NCBI GenBank assembly: GCA_902522015.1 | Contig: CABYTX010000001.1 | Span: 5,003 to 69,002, forward strand | Source: an uncultured Alphaproteobacteria bacterium | GTDB taxonomy: Bacteria > Pseudomonadota > Alphaproteobacteria > HIMB59 > GCA-002718135 | Direction: 5' to 3' | Length of the DNA: 64,000 bases | Part shown: in pieces, positions 1-10,026 of the stretch | How positions within the stretch are numbered: position 1 is the first letter of the stretch | Layout: every line of letters starts with the position of its first letter | The notes under the pieces: generated by a model | Database searches by the model: none | Seen by the model: the letters and a program-made list of their open reading frames with translations, nothing else | What the model was told of the DNA's origin: nothing | Translations under genes and position numbers: made by a program

Positions 1-109
1 ACTGTCAACCCATTCCCCATTTATAAAACATTTTTGTTTAAAGAGTGATTTGTTATTTAATTCCATAAGTTTTAATTATAATGCATAGTTTTAAATTAAG
101 GAAAAAATA

Positions 110-1213
110 ATGACAATAGTTAATTCTTGGAATGAATGGGATCCATTAAAGCATGTTATAGTTGGAGCAGTTGAAAATGCCAACATACCTCCAATGGAAC
201 CAGCGCTTGAGCCGAAAATTAGTAAAGATAGTGGTATGGCAGGATCTCACGGACCACGTTCAAAAGAGTCAATTGATAAAGCAAATATACAATTAGAAAA
301 CTTTGTTAAAATTTTAAATTCTCTAAATATAAAAGTTGATAGACCAACACCAATTGACTTTTCTCAGAGTATCGAGACGCCCGATTGGTCTAATGATGGT
401 ATGTTTGGTTGTATGCCTCCAAGAGATGTTATTCTCACTGTAGGAAATGAAATGCTGGAAGCACCAATGTCTTATAGATGTAGATGGTTTGAGTATCTTG
501 CCTATAGACCTTTACTTGAAAAATATTATTCAGAAGATAAAAATATGAGATGGGAATCGGCACCTAAACCAAGATTAACAAATCAATCTTATAAGTCTAA
601 TTATCTTCCTGAAGGCATAACGGAAGAAGAACGATATAAAAAAATCGAAAATAGAGACATGATATTGACAGAAAAAGAACCACTTTTTGATGCAGCAGAA
701 ATTTTACGCTTTGGAAAAGATCTTTTTTATCATAACAATTTTACATCAAATTTAAGCGGTTTAGATTGGTTAAGAAGACATTATCCCAATCATCGCGTTC
801 ATCAAATTAATTTACCAGGTGATTTAATTCCAACTCACATAGATGCATGTTTTACTCCTATTAAACCAGGAGTTATAATCATTAATCCGAATAGAAAAAT
901 ATCATCAGAGCAAAGAAAAATTTTCGATGATAATAAATGGGAAATTCATGAGGCAGCACCTTCCATTCATAATAGTCCACCACCTATGTGTTATTCATCA
1001 ATCTGGTTATCAATGAACGTTTTGATAATTGATCCTAAAACTATATGTGTTGAAGCAACTGAAGAAAAAATGATTAAACAAATGGAAAGTTTTGGATTGG
1101 ATGTTATTCCAGTTCCTTTTAGGGACGTTTATGCATTTGGGGGTAGTTTACATTGTGCCACTACTGATGTTCATAGAGAGGGTGAGTGTGAGGATTATTT
1201 TCCAAATCAATAA
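110..1213 (+). CDS. Amidinotransferase family protein (L-arginine:glycine / inosamine-phosphate amidinotransferase-like)
   Basis: 367-aa ORF. The N-terminal 'NSWNEWDPLKHVIVG' and C-terminal 'GGSLHCATTDV' (putative catalytic Cys) match my recollection of the AGAT/StrB1 family. No search run. Confidence 0.7.
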   Translation: MTIVNSWNEWDPLKHVIVGAVENANIPPMEPALEPKISKDSGMAGSHGPRSKESIDKANIQLENFVKILNSLNIKVDRPTPIDFSQSIETPDWSNDGMFGCMPPRDVILTVGNEMLEAPMSYRCRWFEYLAYRPLLEKYYSEDKNMRWESAPKPRLTNQSYKSNYLPEGITEEERYKKIENRDMILTEKEPLFDAAEILRFGKDLFYHNNFTSNLSGLDWLRRHYPNHRVHQINLPGDLIPTHIDACFTPIKPGVIIINPNRKISSEQRKIFDDNKWEIHEAAPSIHNSPPPMCYSSIWLSMNVLIIDPKTICVEATEEKMIKQMESFGLDVIPVPFRDVYAFGGSLHCATTDVHREGECEDYFPNQ

Positions 1214-1968
1214 TGTATAGTTTTAATCAAAATAACGTTAAGGCCAATTTACATGATACAAAATTTTCTAGAATTGGTGTAATTACACTATCGACTGATT
1301 TTACAATTGAGCAAGATTTTAGAAAAATTTGTCATAATTTACCAGTTGACCTATTTTTTAATAGGATACCTTTTTTAAATCCTCTAACTCATGAAAATTA
1401 TATAAAGATGGCTGATCATCTTACAGAAATAACAAATCAAATATTACCCAATGAGAAAATACAAGTTGTAGCGTATGGATGTACTTCGGGCACTATTGAA
1501 ATTGGTGAAAAAAGAATAAGATCTGAAATCTTCAAAGCTAAACCTGATGCTTTAATTACCACACCTATTACATCAGCTGTCAAAGCACTTAAATTGTTAA
1601 ATCATAAAAAAATTGCTGTTCTTACCCCTTATCCAAAAGAAGTGAATATTAAAGTTTACAAATATTTAATTGATAGTGGATTTGAAATTAAATCATTTAC
1701 TTCGTTTAATTTAAATTATGACTCCGAAATTGCCAAAGTTACTCATGATAGTTTAATACAAACAATTTCCTCAATTGATTTAACAGATGTTGATAGTATT
1801 TTTGTTTCTTGTACTGCATTAAAAATAATTGATATTATCGAAGAATTAGAGTCAAAATTAGGCACAGATATCATTTCAAGTAATCAAGCTATTATTTGGG
1901 ATTCATTAAGATTGTCTAATATTAATCAAAAAATTGATGGTTATGGTAACCTATTTAAATTACATTAA
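1213..1968 (+). CDS. Asp/Glu/hydantoin racemase superfamily protein (maleate isomerase / arylmalonate decarboxylase-like, EutA-like)
   Basis: 251 aa with two Cys motifs, 'YGCTSGT' and 'VSCTALK', typical of this fold. The start overlaps the upstream stop by 1 nt (TAATG). First gene of an EutA-B-C-like order. Confidence 0.65.
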   Translation: MYSFNQNNVKANLHDTKFSRIGVITLSTDFTIEQDFRKICHNLPVDLFFNRIPFLNPLTHENYIKMADHLTEITNQILPNEKIQVVAYGCTSGTIEIGEKRIRSEIFKAKPDALITTPITSAVKALKLLNHKKIAVLTPYPKEVNIKVYKYLIDSGFEIKSFTSFNLNYDSEIAKVTHDSLIQTISSIDLTDVDSIFVSCTALKIIDIIEELESKLGTDIISSNQAIIWDSLRLSNINQKIDGYGNLFKLH

Positions 1969-1980
1969 ATAGAGATTAAA

Positions 1981-2943
1981 TTGATTACACTTCAGCAAAT
2001 ACAAGATGCACATAAGAAAATTTTACCTTATGTTAATTATACACCATTAATTAATTCTAATTTTTTATCAAAAAGTAATACAGTAAAACTAAAGTTAGAA
2101 AATTTTCAAATCACTGGATCATTTAAGTTAAGAGGCGCGGTTAATAAGCTTCTTTCTTTAAGTGAAGATGACAAGAACAAAGGAGTCATCGCAGTTTCTA
2201 CAGGCAATCATGGCAAAGGTGTTGCTTATGCTTCAAAGGTATTGGGTATTCAATCAACAATATATATGTCTTCAATGGTTCCAGAATATAGAAAAGAGGC
2301 TATTGAAAAATTAGGAGCAAAAGTAGAAATTATTGGAAAGAATAGTGATGAAGCTGATTTTCATGCTAAACAAATTGCGAAAGAAAAAAATATCCCATTA
2401 ATTCACCCCTTTGATGATGAAGACATTATTATAGGCCAAGGTACAGTTGGGCTTGAAATGCTTACTGAATATCCTGAAGTTGATACTGTAATTATACCAA
2501 CATCTGGTGGCGGTCTTATATCTGGAATAGCACAAGCTATTAAACTTCAAAAACCTGACACAAAAATTATTGCCGTATCTATGGAAAGAGGTCCTTCAAT
2601 GTATGAAAGTCTAAAAAAAGGCAGACCTGTTGATGTAGAGGAAATTGAAACTTTAGCTGATTGTCTAGGGGGGAGTATTGGTCTAGATAATAAATTTACC
2701 TTTAATATTGTACAAAAATACGTTGATGACTTTGTTTTAGTAAGTGAAGAAAAAATAGCTGAGGGAATTAGAATAAATTTTTTAGAACATAAAATTGTAT
2801 CTGAAGGTGCTGCAGCAACAAGTGTAATGGTTGTTAAAGAAAAACTAACATCACACTTAGGAAAAAATATAATTTGTTTAATTTGTGGTGGAAATATTGA
2901 CTCGGAACTATTTAATAAAGTTTTAAGCCATGCTCATCCTTAA
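1981..2943 (+). CDS. PLP-dependent threonine/serine dehydratase family protein (EutB-like)
   Basis: 320 aa with the PLP-lysine motif 'TGSFKLRGA' and the glycine loop 'PTSGGGLISG'. TTG start. Confidence 0.8.
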   Translation: MITLQQIQDAHKKILPYVNYTPLINSNFLSKSNTVKLKLENFQITGSFKLRGAVNKLLSLSEDDKNKGVIAVSTGNHGKGVAYASKVLGIQSTIYMSSMVPEYRKEAIEKLGAKVEIIGKNSDEADFHAKQIAKEKNIPLIHPFDDEDIIIGQGTVGLEMLTEYPEVDTVIIPTSGGGLISGIAQAIKLQKPDTKIIAVSMERGPSMYESLKKGRPVDVEEIETLADCLGGSIGLDNKFTFNIVQKYVDDFVLVSEEKIAEGIRINFLEHKIVSEGAAATSVMVVKEKLTSHLGKNIICLICGGNIDSELFNKVLSHAHP

Positions 2944-3904
2944 TAAAAATGATATTATTCAACATGTAGATTTGAATAAAAATCTCATTCCAATAATAGA
3001 AGACGCATTTAATAGTTTATCAAAGGGATTGGTAATGATGCCGCCTATAATGAGAATTGATATTGAAAAATATCATGGTGAATCAGATGTTAAAGCTGCA
3101 TACGTTGAAGGTCTTGATAGTTTTGCAATAAAAATTGCCTCAGGTTTTTTTGATAATCCAAAACTTGGTTTGCCATCTAGTAATGGACTGATGGTTTTAT
3201 TAGATTCAAAGACTGGAGTTGTAAAATCTGTTTTATTAGATGAAGGTTATCTTACAGATACTAGAACAGCTATAGCAGGAGCAATAGCTACAAAATATTT
3301 ATCAAATGAAAATGCTAATTCCGTTGGTATTGTTGGGGCTGGAATTCAAGCCAAATTACAACTTCAAGCAATAATGTTAGTTAGAAAAATCAATAAAATT
3401 ATAGTCTGGGCAAGAGATGAGACAAAAGCGAACCAATTTATAGAAAGTTTCAAAAATTTAGATATAGATTTGTATGTAGCTTCTTCTTGTAAAGAATTGG
3501 CAAGCTTATCTGAAATAATTGTTACGACTACTCCTAGTAAAAAACCGCTTTTGGAATTTGATTGGATAAATAAAGGAACTCACATAACAGCAATGGGATC
3601 AGATGCAGAACAAAAAAATGAATTAGACCCTCATATGATAAAACATTGCGATCAATATGTGCCTGACAATCAATTACAAACAAGTGTTTTGGGTGAATTA
3701 CATCATGCTTTAAAACAAAATATAATTTCTTCCAAAGAAAAATTTAATGAACTTGGCGATATTATTAACGATCCAAGATTAGGAAGAAAAAATAAAGAAG
3801 ATATAACGATATGTGATTTGACAGGAACTGGTGTACAAGATACTGCAATAGCAAGATTTGCTTATAATCTTTGTAAAAAAAATAATTTAGGCATCAATAT
3901 TTAA
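2930..3904 (+). CDS. Ornithine cyclodeaminase / mu-crystallin family protein (EutC-like)
   Basis: 324 aa with the Rossmann motif 'GIVGAGIQAK'. Family-typical length and N-terminus. 14-nt overlap with the upstream gene. Confidence 0.8.
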   Translation: MLILNKNDIIQHVDLNKNLIPIIEDAFNSLSKGLVMMPPIMRIDIEKYHGESDVKAAYVEGLDSFAIKIASGFFDNPKLGLPSSNGLMVLLDSKTGVVKSVLLDEGYLTDTRTAIAGAIATKYLSNENANSVGIVGAGIQAKLQLQAIMLVRKINKIIVWARDETKANQFIESFKNLDIDLYVASSCKELASLSEIIVTTTPSKKPLLEFDWINKGTHITAMGSDAEQKNELDPHMIKHCDQYVPDNQLQTSVLGELHHALKQNIISSKEKFNELGDIINDPRLGRKNKEDITICDLTGTGVQDTAIARFAYNLCKKNNLGINI

Positions 3905-3907
3905 TTT

Positions 3908-5350
3908 ATGAGTCAAGCAATAGTAAAAAAAACGTCTGATTATTTCAAATCAAAAGGAGTTGTCTTGCCAAGTATAAGTGAACTTCAAGATCCTCAAATT
4001 ATTAATGATGATATTAAAAATTCTCTAAAAAAAATAGATAATAATGATATCAATCCTCTTAACCTCTTTAGAGTTCATTGGTTTAATAAAAGAGATCAAT
4101 CAGGTTTTGGAAATGAGCCTGAATACATTGTGCTTCCAACAGAATTCACAGGTGTAAAGGCAAAGATAATTGTAAATATGGGACGATATTTTCCCTTAAT
4201 AACAGCTCATAAAGTTTTGGCAGCTTATGGTTGTTTGCTTCCAAGAATATTAAATGGCACTTTTGATTATGAAAAACATAAAGCAGTTTGGCCTTCTACA
4301 GGAAATTATTGTAGGGGCGGAGTAGCAATATCTCGGATAATGGGTCTTAATAGTATTGCAATACTTCCTGAAGGAATGAGTAATGAGAGATTTGAATGGT
4401 TGAATAATTGGGTTGAAGATAAAAAAAATATCATAAAGACAAAAGGCACAGAAAGTAATGTTAAAGAAATTTACGATGCTTGTAATGAATTAAAAAAAGA
4501 TAATCAAAATGATATCATAAATCAATTTGATGAGTATTATAATTACAGTATTCATCGTTCTATAACGGGTCCATCTTTTGAAAAATCATTTCTTAAAGTT
4601 AAAGGTAACAGCAATTTAACTCCTAGGTTTTATGTAAGTGCTTCAGGATCAAGCGGTACTCTAGCAGCAGGAGATTATCTTAAAGATAAATTACAGACAA
4701 AGATAGCAGTTGTTGAAGCTTTAGAGTGCCCAACTTTGCTCCATGGAGGTTATGGTGAACATAATATACAAGGAATTGGTGACAAACATGTTCCCCTTAT
4801 TCATAATGTAATGAATACAGATTTTGTGGTCGATGTTTCTGATCAAGCTACCAATAATCTAAATATGATTTTTAATACTGAAATAGGAAAAAATTTTTTA
4901 ATTGAGAAAAAAAATTTTGATCCTGATTTTGTTTCTCGTCTTCCTGAGTTTGGTTTTTCAGCAATAGCAAATATATTGGCTTCAATAAAGCTAGCTAAAT
5001 ATATGGATTTAAATAGTGATGACGCAATTATAACGGTTGCTACTGATGGTGCAGATTTATATATGTCAGAATTAAACAAGACCATTGCTGATTTTAAAAA
5101 TAATTATGATGAAATAGTTTGTGCTGAATTATTTGGACGACACTTATCAGGAGTATCTACTGATAATATGCTTGAACTCTCTCAAATGGATAAGAAAAGA
5201 ATATTTAATTTAGGTTACTTTACTTGGGTAGAGCAACAAGGTGTTAGTCTTGAAGAATTTGAAAAAAGAAAAGATCAAAAATTTTGGAATTCACATTATG
5301 ATTACATGCTTTCTCTAGACAATCAGATTAAAGAATTTAATAATATGTAG
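3908..5350 (+). CDS. Atypical long PLP-dependent fold-type II enzyme (Trp-synthase beta / cysteine synthase superfamily)
   Basis: 480 aa. 'LITAHKVLAAYG' is a candidate PLP lysine resembling the TrpB 'GAHK' motif. 'SASGSSGTLAAG' is a candidate phosphate-binding loop. The protein is about 130-180 aa longer than CysK/CysM. Confidence 0.5.
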   Translation: MSQAIVKKTSDYFKSKGVVLPSISELQDPQIINDDIKNSLKKIDNNDINPLNLFRVHWFNKRDQSGFGNEPEYIVLPTEFTGVKAKIIVNMGRYFPLITAHKVLAAYGCLLPRILNGTFDYEKHKAVWPSTGNYCRGGVAISRIMGLNSIAILPEGMSNERFEWLNNWVEDKKNIIKTKGTESNVKEIYDACNELKKDNQNDIINQFDEYYNYSIHRSITGPSFEKSFLKVKGNSNLTPRFYVSASGSSGTLAAGDYLKDKLQTKIAVVEALECPTLLHGGYGEHNIQGIGDKHVPLIHNVMNTDFVVDVSDQATNNLNMIFNTEIGKNFLIEKKNFDPDFVSRLPEFGFSAIANILASIKLAKYMDLNSDDAIITVATDGADLYMSELNKTIADFKNNYDEIVCAELFGRHLSGVSTDNMLELSQMDKKRIFNLGYFTWVEQQGVSLEEFEKRKDQKFWNSHYDYMLSLDNQIKEFNNM

Positions 5351-5353
5351 ATT

Positions 5354-6508
5354 ATGAAAACTCAGTCATTACATAACCAATTAGTAGAATGGCGTCATGA
5401 TCTTCATATGCACCCTCAAATAAGTTTTGAAGAAGAATATGCTGCTGCAAAAGTGTCAACACTTCTAAAAGAGTTTGGAATAGAAGTTCATTCTGGTATT
5501 GCCAGAACTGGAGTAGTTGGAATTTTAAAAAAAGGAAATAGCTCCAAATCAATAGGTATAAGAGCTGACATGGATGCTCTTCCTATAAATGAAACTAATA
5601 ATTTTAGTTATAAGTCAAAGTTTGATAACAGAATGCATGCATGTGGACATGATGGTCACACTACAATGTTATTAGGTGCAGCAAAATATTTATCAGAAAA
5701 AGGTAACTTTAACGGCACAGTATATTTTATTTTTCAGCCTGATGAAGAGAATACTTTTGGCGCAAGAACAATGATAGATGAAGGTTTGTTTGATAAGTTT
5801 AACATTGATGAAGTTTACGCTATGCACAATATTCCTAACATGGAAATTGGAACATTTGGCACTAGAAAAGGAGCAATCACAGCAAGTGAAAATTTATTTG
5901 AAATTGAAATAAAAGCCAAAGGTGGGCATGCTGCATTACCTCATATGGGCGTTGATGCAATAACTGTTGGCTCTCAAATAGCAGTAGCACTTCAATCTAT
6001 AGTCTCTAGGAAATTAAATCCAGCAGATAATGGTATAGTTTCTATCACTGAATTTATAACCGATGGTAAAAAAAACGTTCTGCCAGGTATGGTAAAAATG
6101 ACTGGTGATGCAAGAGCTTTATCAAAAGAAACAAATGAAAAAATTGCATCAAAAATGTTGCAAATTGTTGAGGGCATTTGCAATGCACATGGTGTTAATG
6201 GCAGTGTTAAATATGAAACAACCTGTCCTGTAACTTTTAATTCAAAAAACCAAACTGAGTCTGCAACAAAAGCTGCAGTTTCATTACTTGGAAACGATAA
6301 ATGTAACGGCGATATTGAACCGCGTTTATTCTCAGAAGATTTTTCAGTGATGGCAAATGAAAAACCTGGCTGCTTTGTTTTAATGGGTAACGGTACATCA
6401 GAGCAGCATTCTAGACCTTTACATGCTGATAATTACGATTTTAATGATGAATTATTAGTCATAGGTTCTTCATATTGGACTGAATTAGTAGAACAACAAT
6501 TAAAATAA
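5354..6508 (+). CDS. M20D family amidohydrolase (hippurate hydrolase / N-acyl-L-amino acid amidohydrolase-like)
   Basis: 384 aa with the hallmark 'MHACGHDGHT' motif and family-typical length. Confidence 0.8.
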   Translation: MKTQSLHNQLVEWRHDLHMHPQISFEEEYAAAKVSTLLKEFGIEVHSGIARTGVVGILKKGNSSKSIGIRADMDALPINETNNFSYKSKFDNRMHACGHDGHTTMLLGAAKYLSEKGNFNGTVYFIFQPDEENTFGARTMIDEGLFDKFNIDEVYAMHNIPNMEIGTFGTRKGAITASENLFEIEIKAKGGHAALPHMGVDAITVGSQIAVALQSIVSRKLNPADNGIVSITEFITDGKKNVLPGMVKMTGDARALSKETNEKIASKMLQIVEGICNAHGVNGSVKYETTCPVTFNSKNQTESATKAAVSLLGNDKCNGDIEPRLFSEDFSVMANEKPGCFVLMGNGTSEQHSRPLHADNYDFNDELLVIGSSYWTELVEQQLK

Positions 6509-7666
6509 ATGTTTTCTGAAAACTTAAATAAACTTAAGAAAAAAATGTCTGAGAATAATATTGATCTCTCAATTATAACAGATGATGACTCGATATATTA
6601 TTTTACAGGATATCATGACTTTCTTCATATGGATTTTAATCGACCAACATTATTAATTGTTTCAAATGATCATAAAACTTACTTAATTACACCTCTTCTT
6701 GATGTTTTATTAGTACCAGATGATTGTCCTGTGGATGCAATTGAAACATGGAATGATGGTATTGGAAATGAATGGAGAGAATTATTGCCTCAAATTATTA
6801 ATCAACATAAAAATATTTTTATTGAAAAATTTAAAATCAATCCAATGGTTAAAAGTTTTTTAGACGAATTACTTCAAGATCATCCTGGGGATTTAACCAA
6901 ATTAATAGATAATATAAGAATGATTAAATCTAATCATGAATTGAATATAGCTCGCCATGCCGGTGAAGTTGGTATGGCTATGATGGAGGCAGCAAAAAAA
7001 ACAATTGGCCATAATGTTCCTGAGTATGAGGTTGCACTTGCACAATCACAAGCTGGAACAAGAAAAGCTGCAGATCTTTTAAAAGAATTTTATCCTGATA
7101 ATATCAATATGTCTCCAAATATTCACTTTTTACCTGTTATGACATCGGGTCATGATTTACCTAAAACTCACCATCGTGCTTCAACCAAAATTATACAAAA
7201 AGGTGATCCCGTATTTGTGTGTTATTGTGGTTCTACAAATTTTCATAGGTTTAAATTAGGTTTTGACAGAATATTTTGGGTAGAAGAAATTCAATCCGAT
7301 GAACAAATAAAAGCTTTTGAGACTGCAGTTAAATCTCAAAAAGCTGCTCTTGAAATTCTTGGCCCTGGAGTAACAGCTGAAGAAGTTCATGCTGCTTATG
7401 CAGATACTATACAGTCTGAGGGATACCCTTATCCTACATTTCGATGTGGAAGAGGTACAGGCTTTAGCTTTTTAGAGGAACCACAATTAGTAGTTGGGAA
7501 CAAAACAGTTCTTGAGCCTGGAATGGTATTTGCTGTTGATGGCGGGGCAAGTGCAAATAATTTTAGATCACAAGTTGGTGATAGTTTTATTATAACAAAA
7601 GATGGATACGAACAAATTACCCATCATTCTAAAAATATTGATGATCTAATAATTCCACATGGATGA
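6509..7666 (+). CDS. M24 family protein (creatinase / Xaa-Pro peptidase fold), metal ligands apparently not conserved
   Basis: 385 aa with a creatinase_N-like N-terminus ('DLSIITDDDSIYYFTGY') and a pita-bread C-terminal domain. The start abuts the upstream stop. Confidence 0.7.
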   Translation: MFSENLNKLKKKMSENNIDLSIITDDDSIYYFTGYHDFLHMDFNRPTLLIVSNDHKTYLITPLLDVLLVPDDCPVDAIETWNDGIGNEWRELLPQIINQHKNIFIEKFKINPMVKSFLDELLQDHPGDLTKLIDNIRMIKSNHELNIARHAGEVGMAMMEAAKKTIGHNVPEYEVALAQSQAGTRKAADLLKEFYPDNINMSPNIHFLPVMTSGHDLPKTHHRASTKIIQKGDPVFVCYCGSTNFHRFKLGFDRIFWVEEIQSDEQIKAFETAVKSQKAALEILGPGVTAEEVHAAYADTIQSEGYPYPTFRCGRGTGFSFLEEPQLVVGNKTVLEPGMVFAVDGGASANNFRSQVGDSFIITKDGYEQITHHSKNIDDLIIPHG

Positions 7667-8684
7667 AATCACAGTATTTAACACACATTGCTGTGGTGAA
7701 ATTGGGGATGTCGTAACTGGAATTAAAGGTTTGAAATTTAATTCACCTGAGGAAGCTTCTAAAAAACTTTTTTTAGATAAAAAATGGAGAAATTTTTTTT
7801 TAAATGAACCTCGAGGAGGGGTCTTTAAACATTGTAATATTATTCTAGAACCTTCAAATAAAAATGCAGATGCTGGATTTGTCATTATGGAACCAGAAGA
7901 TAATCCTCCAATGAGCGGATCAAATGCAATTTGTGTAACAACAGTCTTATTAGAAAAAAATATTCTTCAAATGAAATATCCTAAAACCATGCTTACACTT
8001 GAAGCTCCCGGTGGTTTAATAAAAGTTGTTGCTGATTGTGAAAATAAGAAAGTTAAAAGTGTCACTTTAACTAATCTTGCCTGCTTCGCATATAAAATAG
8101 ATGTAGATTTAAAGACAAAAAATTACGGCACAATTAAAGTAAGTACCGCTTTTGGAGGTGACAGTTTTTTAATTTGTAATGCTAGTGATTTTAATCTTAA
8201 AATTGAACCAAAGAATGCAAATAAATTTGTAATTGTTGCCAAAGAATTATTGAAAGAAGCAAACGCATCTATAGGATTTGAACATCCTACTATTAAAGGA
8301 TTAGATTATCTTTCCTTTTGCCAATTTATTGAACCTTTAAAAAAAAATAATCAATCATTACTTACAGGATTAAATACAGTTGTTATACGACCTGGAAAAC
8401 TTGATCGCTCACCTTGTGGTACAGGCACTTCAGCAAGATTAGCAGTAATGAGAGAAAAAAATGAAATACAAATAAATGAAGAATTTATATCAAAGTCTAT
8501 TATAGGATCTACATTTAAAGCAAGTATTGAAAAGGAAATTACAATTAATAACAAAAATTGTATTATTCCAAAAATAACAGGCAGTGCATTTATTACTGGA
8601 AAACAAAGTTTATATATCGATAAGGATGATCCTTTTCCAGAAGGTTATAGATTAAATGACACATGGCCAGATTCATTAAGTTAA
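7659..8684 (+). CDS. Proline racemase / 4-hydroxyproline epimerase superfamily protein with a Ser/Cys catalytic pair
   Basis: 341 aa. 'DRSPCGTGTSARLA' is the second catalytic motif. The first motif reads 'PPMSGSNAI' instead of 'MCGH'. 8-nt overlap with the upstream gene. Confidence 0.8.
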   Translation: MDEITVFNTHCCGEIGDVVTGIKGLKFNSPEEASKKLFLDKKWRNFFLNEPRGGVFKHCNIILEPSNKNADAGFVIMEPEDNPPMSGSNAICVTTVLLEKNILQMKYPKTMLTLEAPGGLIKVVADCENKKVKSVTLTNLACFAYKIDVDLKTKNYGTIKVSTAFGGDSFLICNASDFNLKIEPKNANKFVIVAKELLKEANASIGFEHPTIKGLDYLSFCQFIEPLKKNNQSLLTGLNTVVIRPGKLDRSPCGTGTSARLAVMREKNEIQINEEFISKSIIGSTFKASIEKEITINNKNCIIPKITGSAFITGKQSLYIDKDDPFPEGYRLNDTWPDSLS

Positions 8685-8760
8685 CTGTGATTAAATAACA
8701 CTAGCATGGCGATTTAATTCATTTTACTTTCATCAACTATTCTAATAATTAATAAAACAA

Positions 8761-10026
8761 ATGACAAAATTTAATGCCTGGAATGTAATTAAAAACGGTT
8801 TAAACGGTCAGTCTTATTGGACTAGACAATGGCGTGATCCAGAACCAAAAAGTAGTTATGATGTTGTAATAATTGGAGGAGGTTTACACGGTCTTGCCAC
8901 AGCATATTATTTGGCAAAGAATCATAATATAAAAAATGTAGCTGTCTTAGAAAAAGGCTGGATTGGTGGAGGAAACGCTGGACGTAATACAACTATTGTA
9001 AGATCAAATTATATGATGCCAGGCAACCACGAATTTTATGAACATTCTTTAAAGTTATGGGAAAATTTAAGTCACGAATTAAATTATAATGTAATGTTTA
9101 GCCAACGAGCTCATGTCTCATTATTTCATAGCCCTGGTGCTAAAGATTCAGTTTCACGGATTTATAATATTATGCGACTCCATGGAACTGATGCAGAACT
9201 TTGGGATTTAAAAACTTTAAAGAAAAAAATTCCACATTTAAATTATCATAATTCTAGATTTCCAATACTTGGAGCTGCAGTTCAAAAAAGAGCAGGCAAT
9301 GCAAGACACGATGCAGTTGCATGGGGTTATGCAAGGGCTGCAGATACATTAGGTGTAGACATTCTGCAAAATTGTGAAGTTACAGGTTTTACAAGAAAGA
9401 ATGGAAATATTGAAAGTATTCAAACTTCAAGAGGAATTATAAAAGGAAAGAAAATAGGATTTGCTGTTGCAGGCAATACTTCAGTATTATGGCAAATGGC
9501 AGAATTAGGCAACCTGCCAATTGAGTCTCATAAACTACAAGCATTTGTATCTGAGGCTGTTAAGCCACTTCTAGATCAGGTTGTTGTTTACGGTGTAGGT
9601 GGTGCACATTTCTATATATCGCAATCAGATAAAGGAAGTATGGTGTTTGGTGGTGATCTTGACTGGTATAAATCATATGCTCAGAGAGGAAATCTTCCTA
9701 TGGTTCAAGATGTTGCCGAAGCCGCCATGGCAATATTTCCTTCACTTGGAAGAATAAGATTACTTCGTCATTGGGCAGGTGTTATGGACATGACAATGGA
9801 TGGATCATTTTTTATTTGTAAAACGCCAATATCTAATCTCTATTTAAATGCTGGTTGGAACTATGGGGGTTTTAAAGCAAGTCCAGCATCAGGTTGGTAT
9901 TTTGCTGACTTAATTGCAAATGAAAGCCCGCATAACTACGTGCAAAATCATAATTTAGAAAGATTTGAAAAAGGTATCAATATAGATGAACGTGGTGCAG
10001 GACCTGATCCGAAATTGCACGGTTAA
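8761..10026 (+). CDS. soxB: Sarcosine oxidase beta subunit
   Basis: 421 aa with the FAD motif 'DVVIIGGGLHGLATAYYLA'. It is followed by the canonical delta-alpha-gamma gene order. Confidence 0.9.
   Translation: MTKFNAWNVIKNGLNGQSYWTRQWRDPEPKSSYDVVIIGGGLHGLATAYYLAKNHNIKNVAVLEKGWIGGGNAGRNTTIVRSNYMMPGNHEFYEHSLKLWENLSHELNYNVMFSQRAHVSLFHSPGAKDSVSRIYNIMRLHGTDAELWDLKTLKKKIPHLNYHNSRFPILGAAVQKRAGNARHDAVAWGYARAADTLGVDILQNCEVTGFTRKNGNIESIQTSRGIIKGKKIGFAVAGNTSVLWQMAELGNLPIESHKLQAFVSEAVKPLLDQVVVYGVGGAHFYISQSDKGSMVFGGDLDWYKSYAQRGNLPMVQDVAEAAMAIFPSLGRIRLLRHWAGVMDMTMDGSFFICKTPISNLYLNAGWNYGGFKASPASGWYFADLIANESPHNYVQNHNLERFEKGINIDERGAGPDPKLHG

Noticed and set aside
8686-8760. A possible riboswitch (for example glycine-type) in the 76-nt spacer upstream of soxB.
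   Set aside because: The spacer is too short and too AT-rich for a tandem or single glycine aptamer. I see only a 7-bp all-A/T inverted repeat and none of the conserved GC-rich cores.
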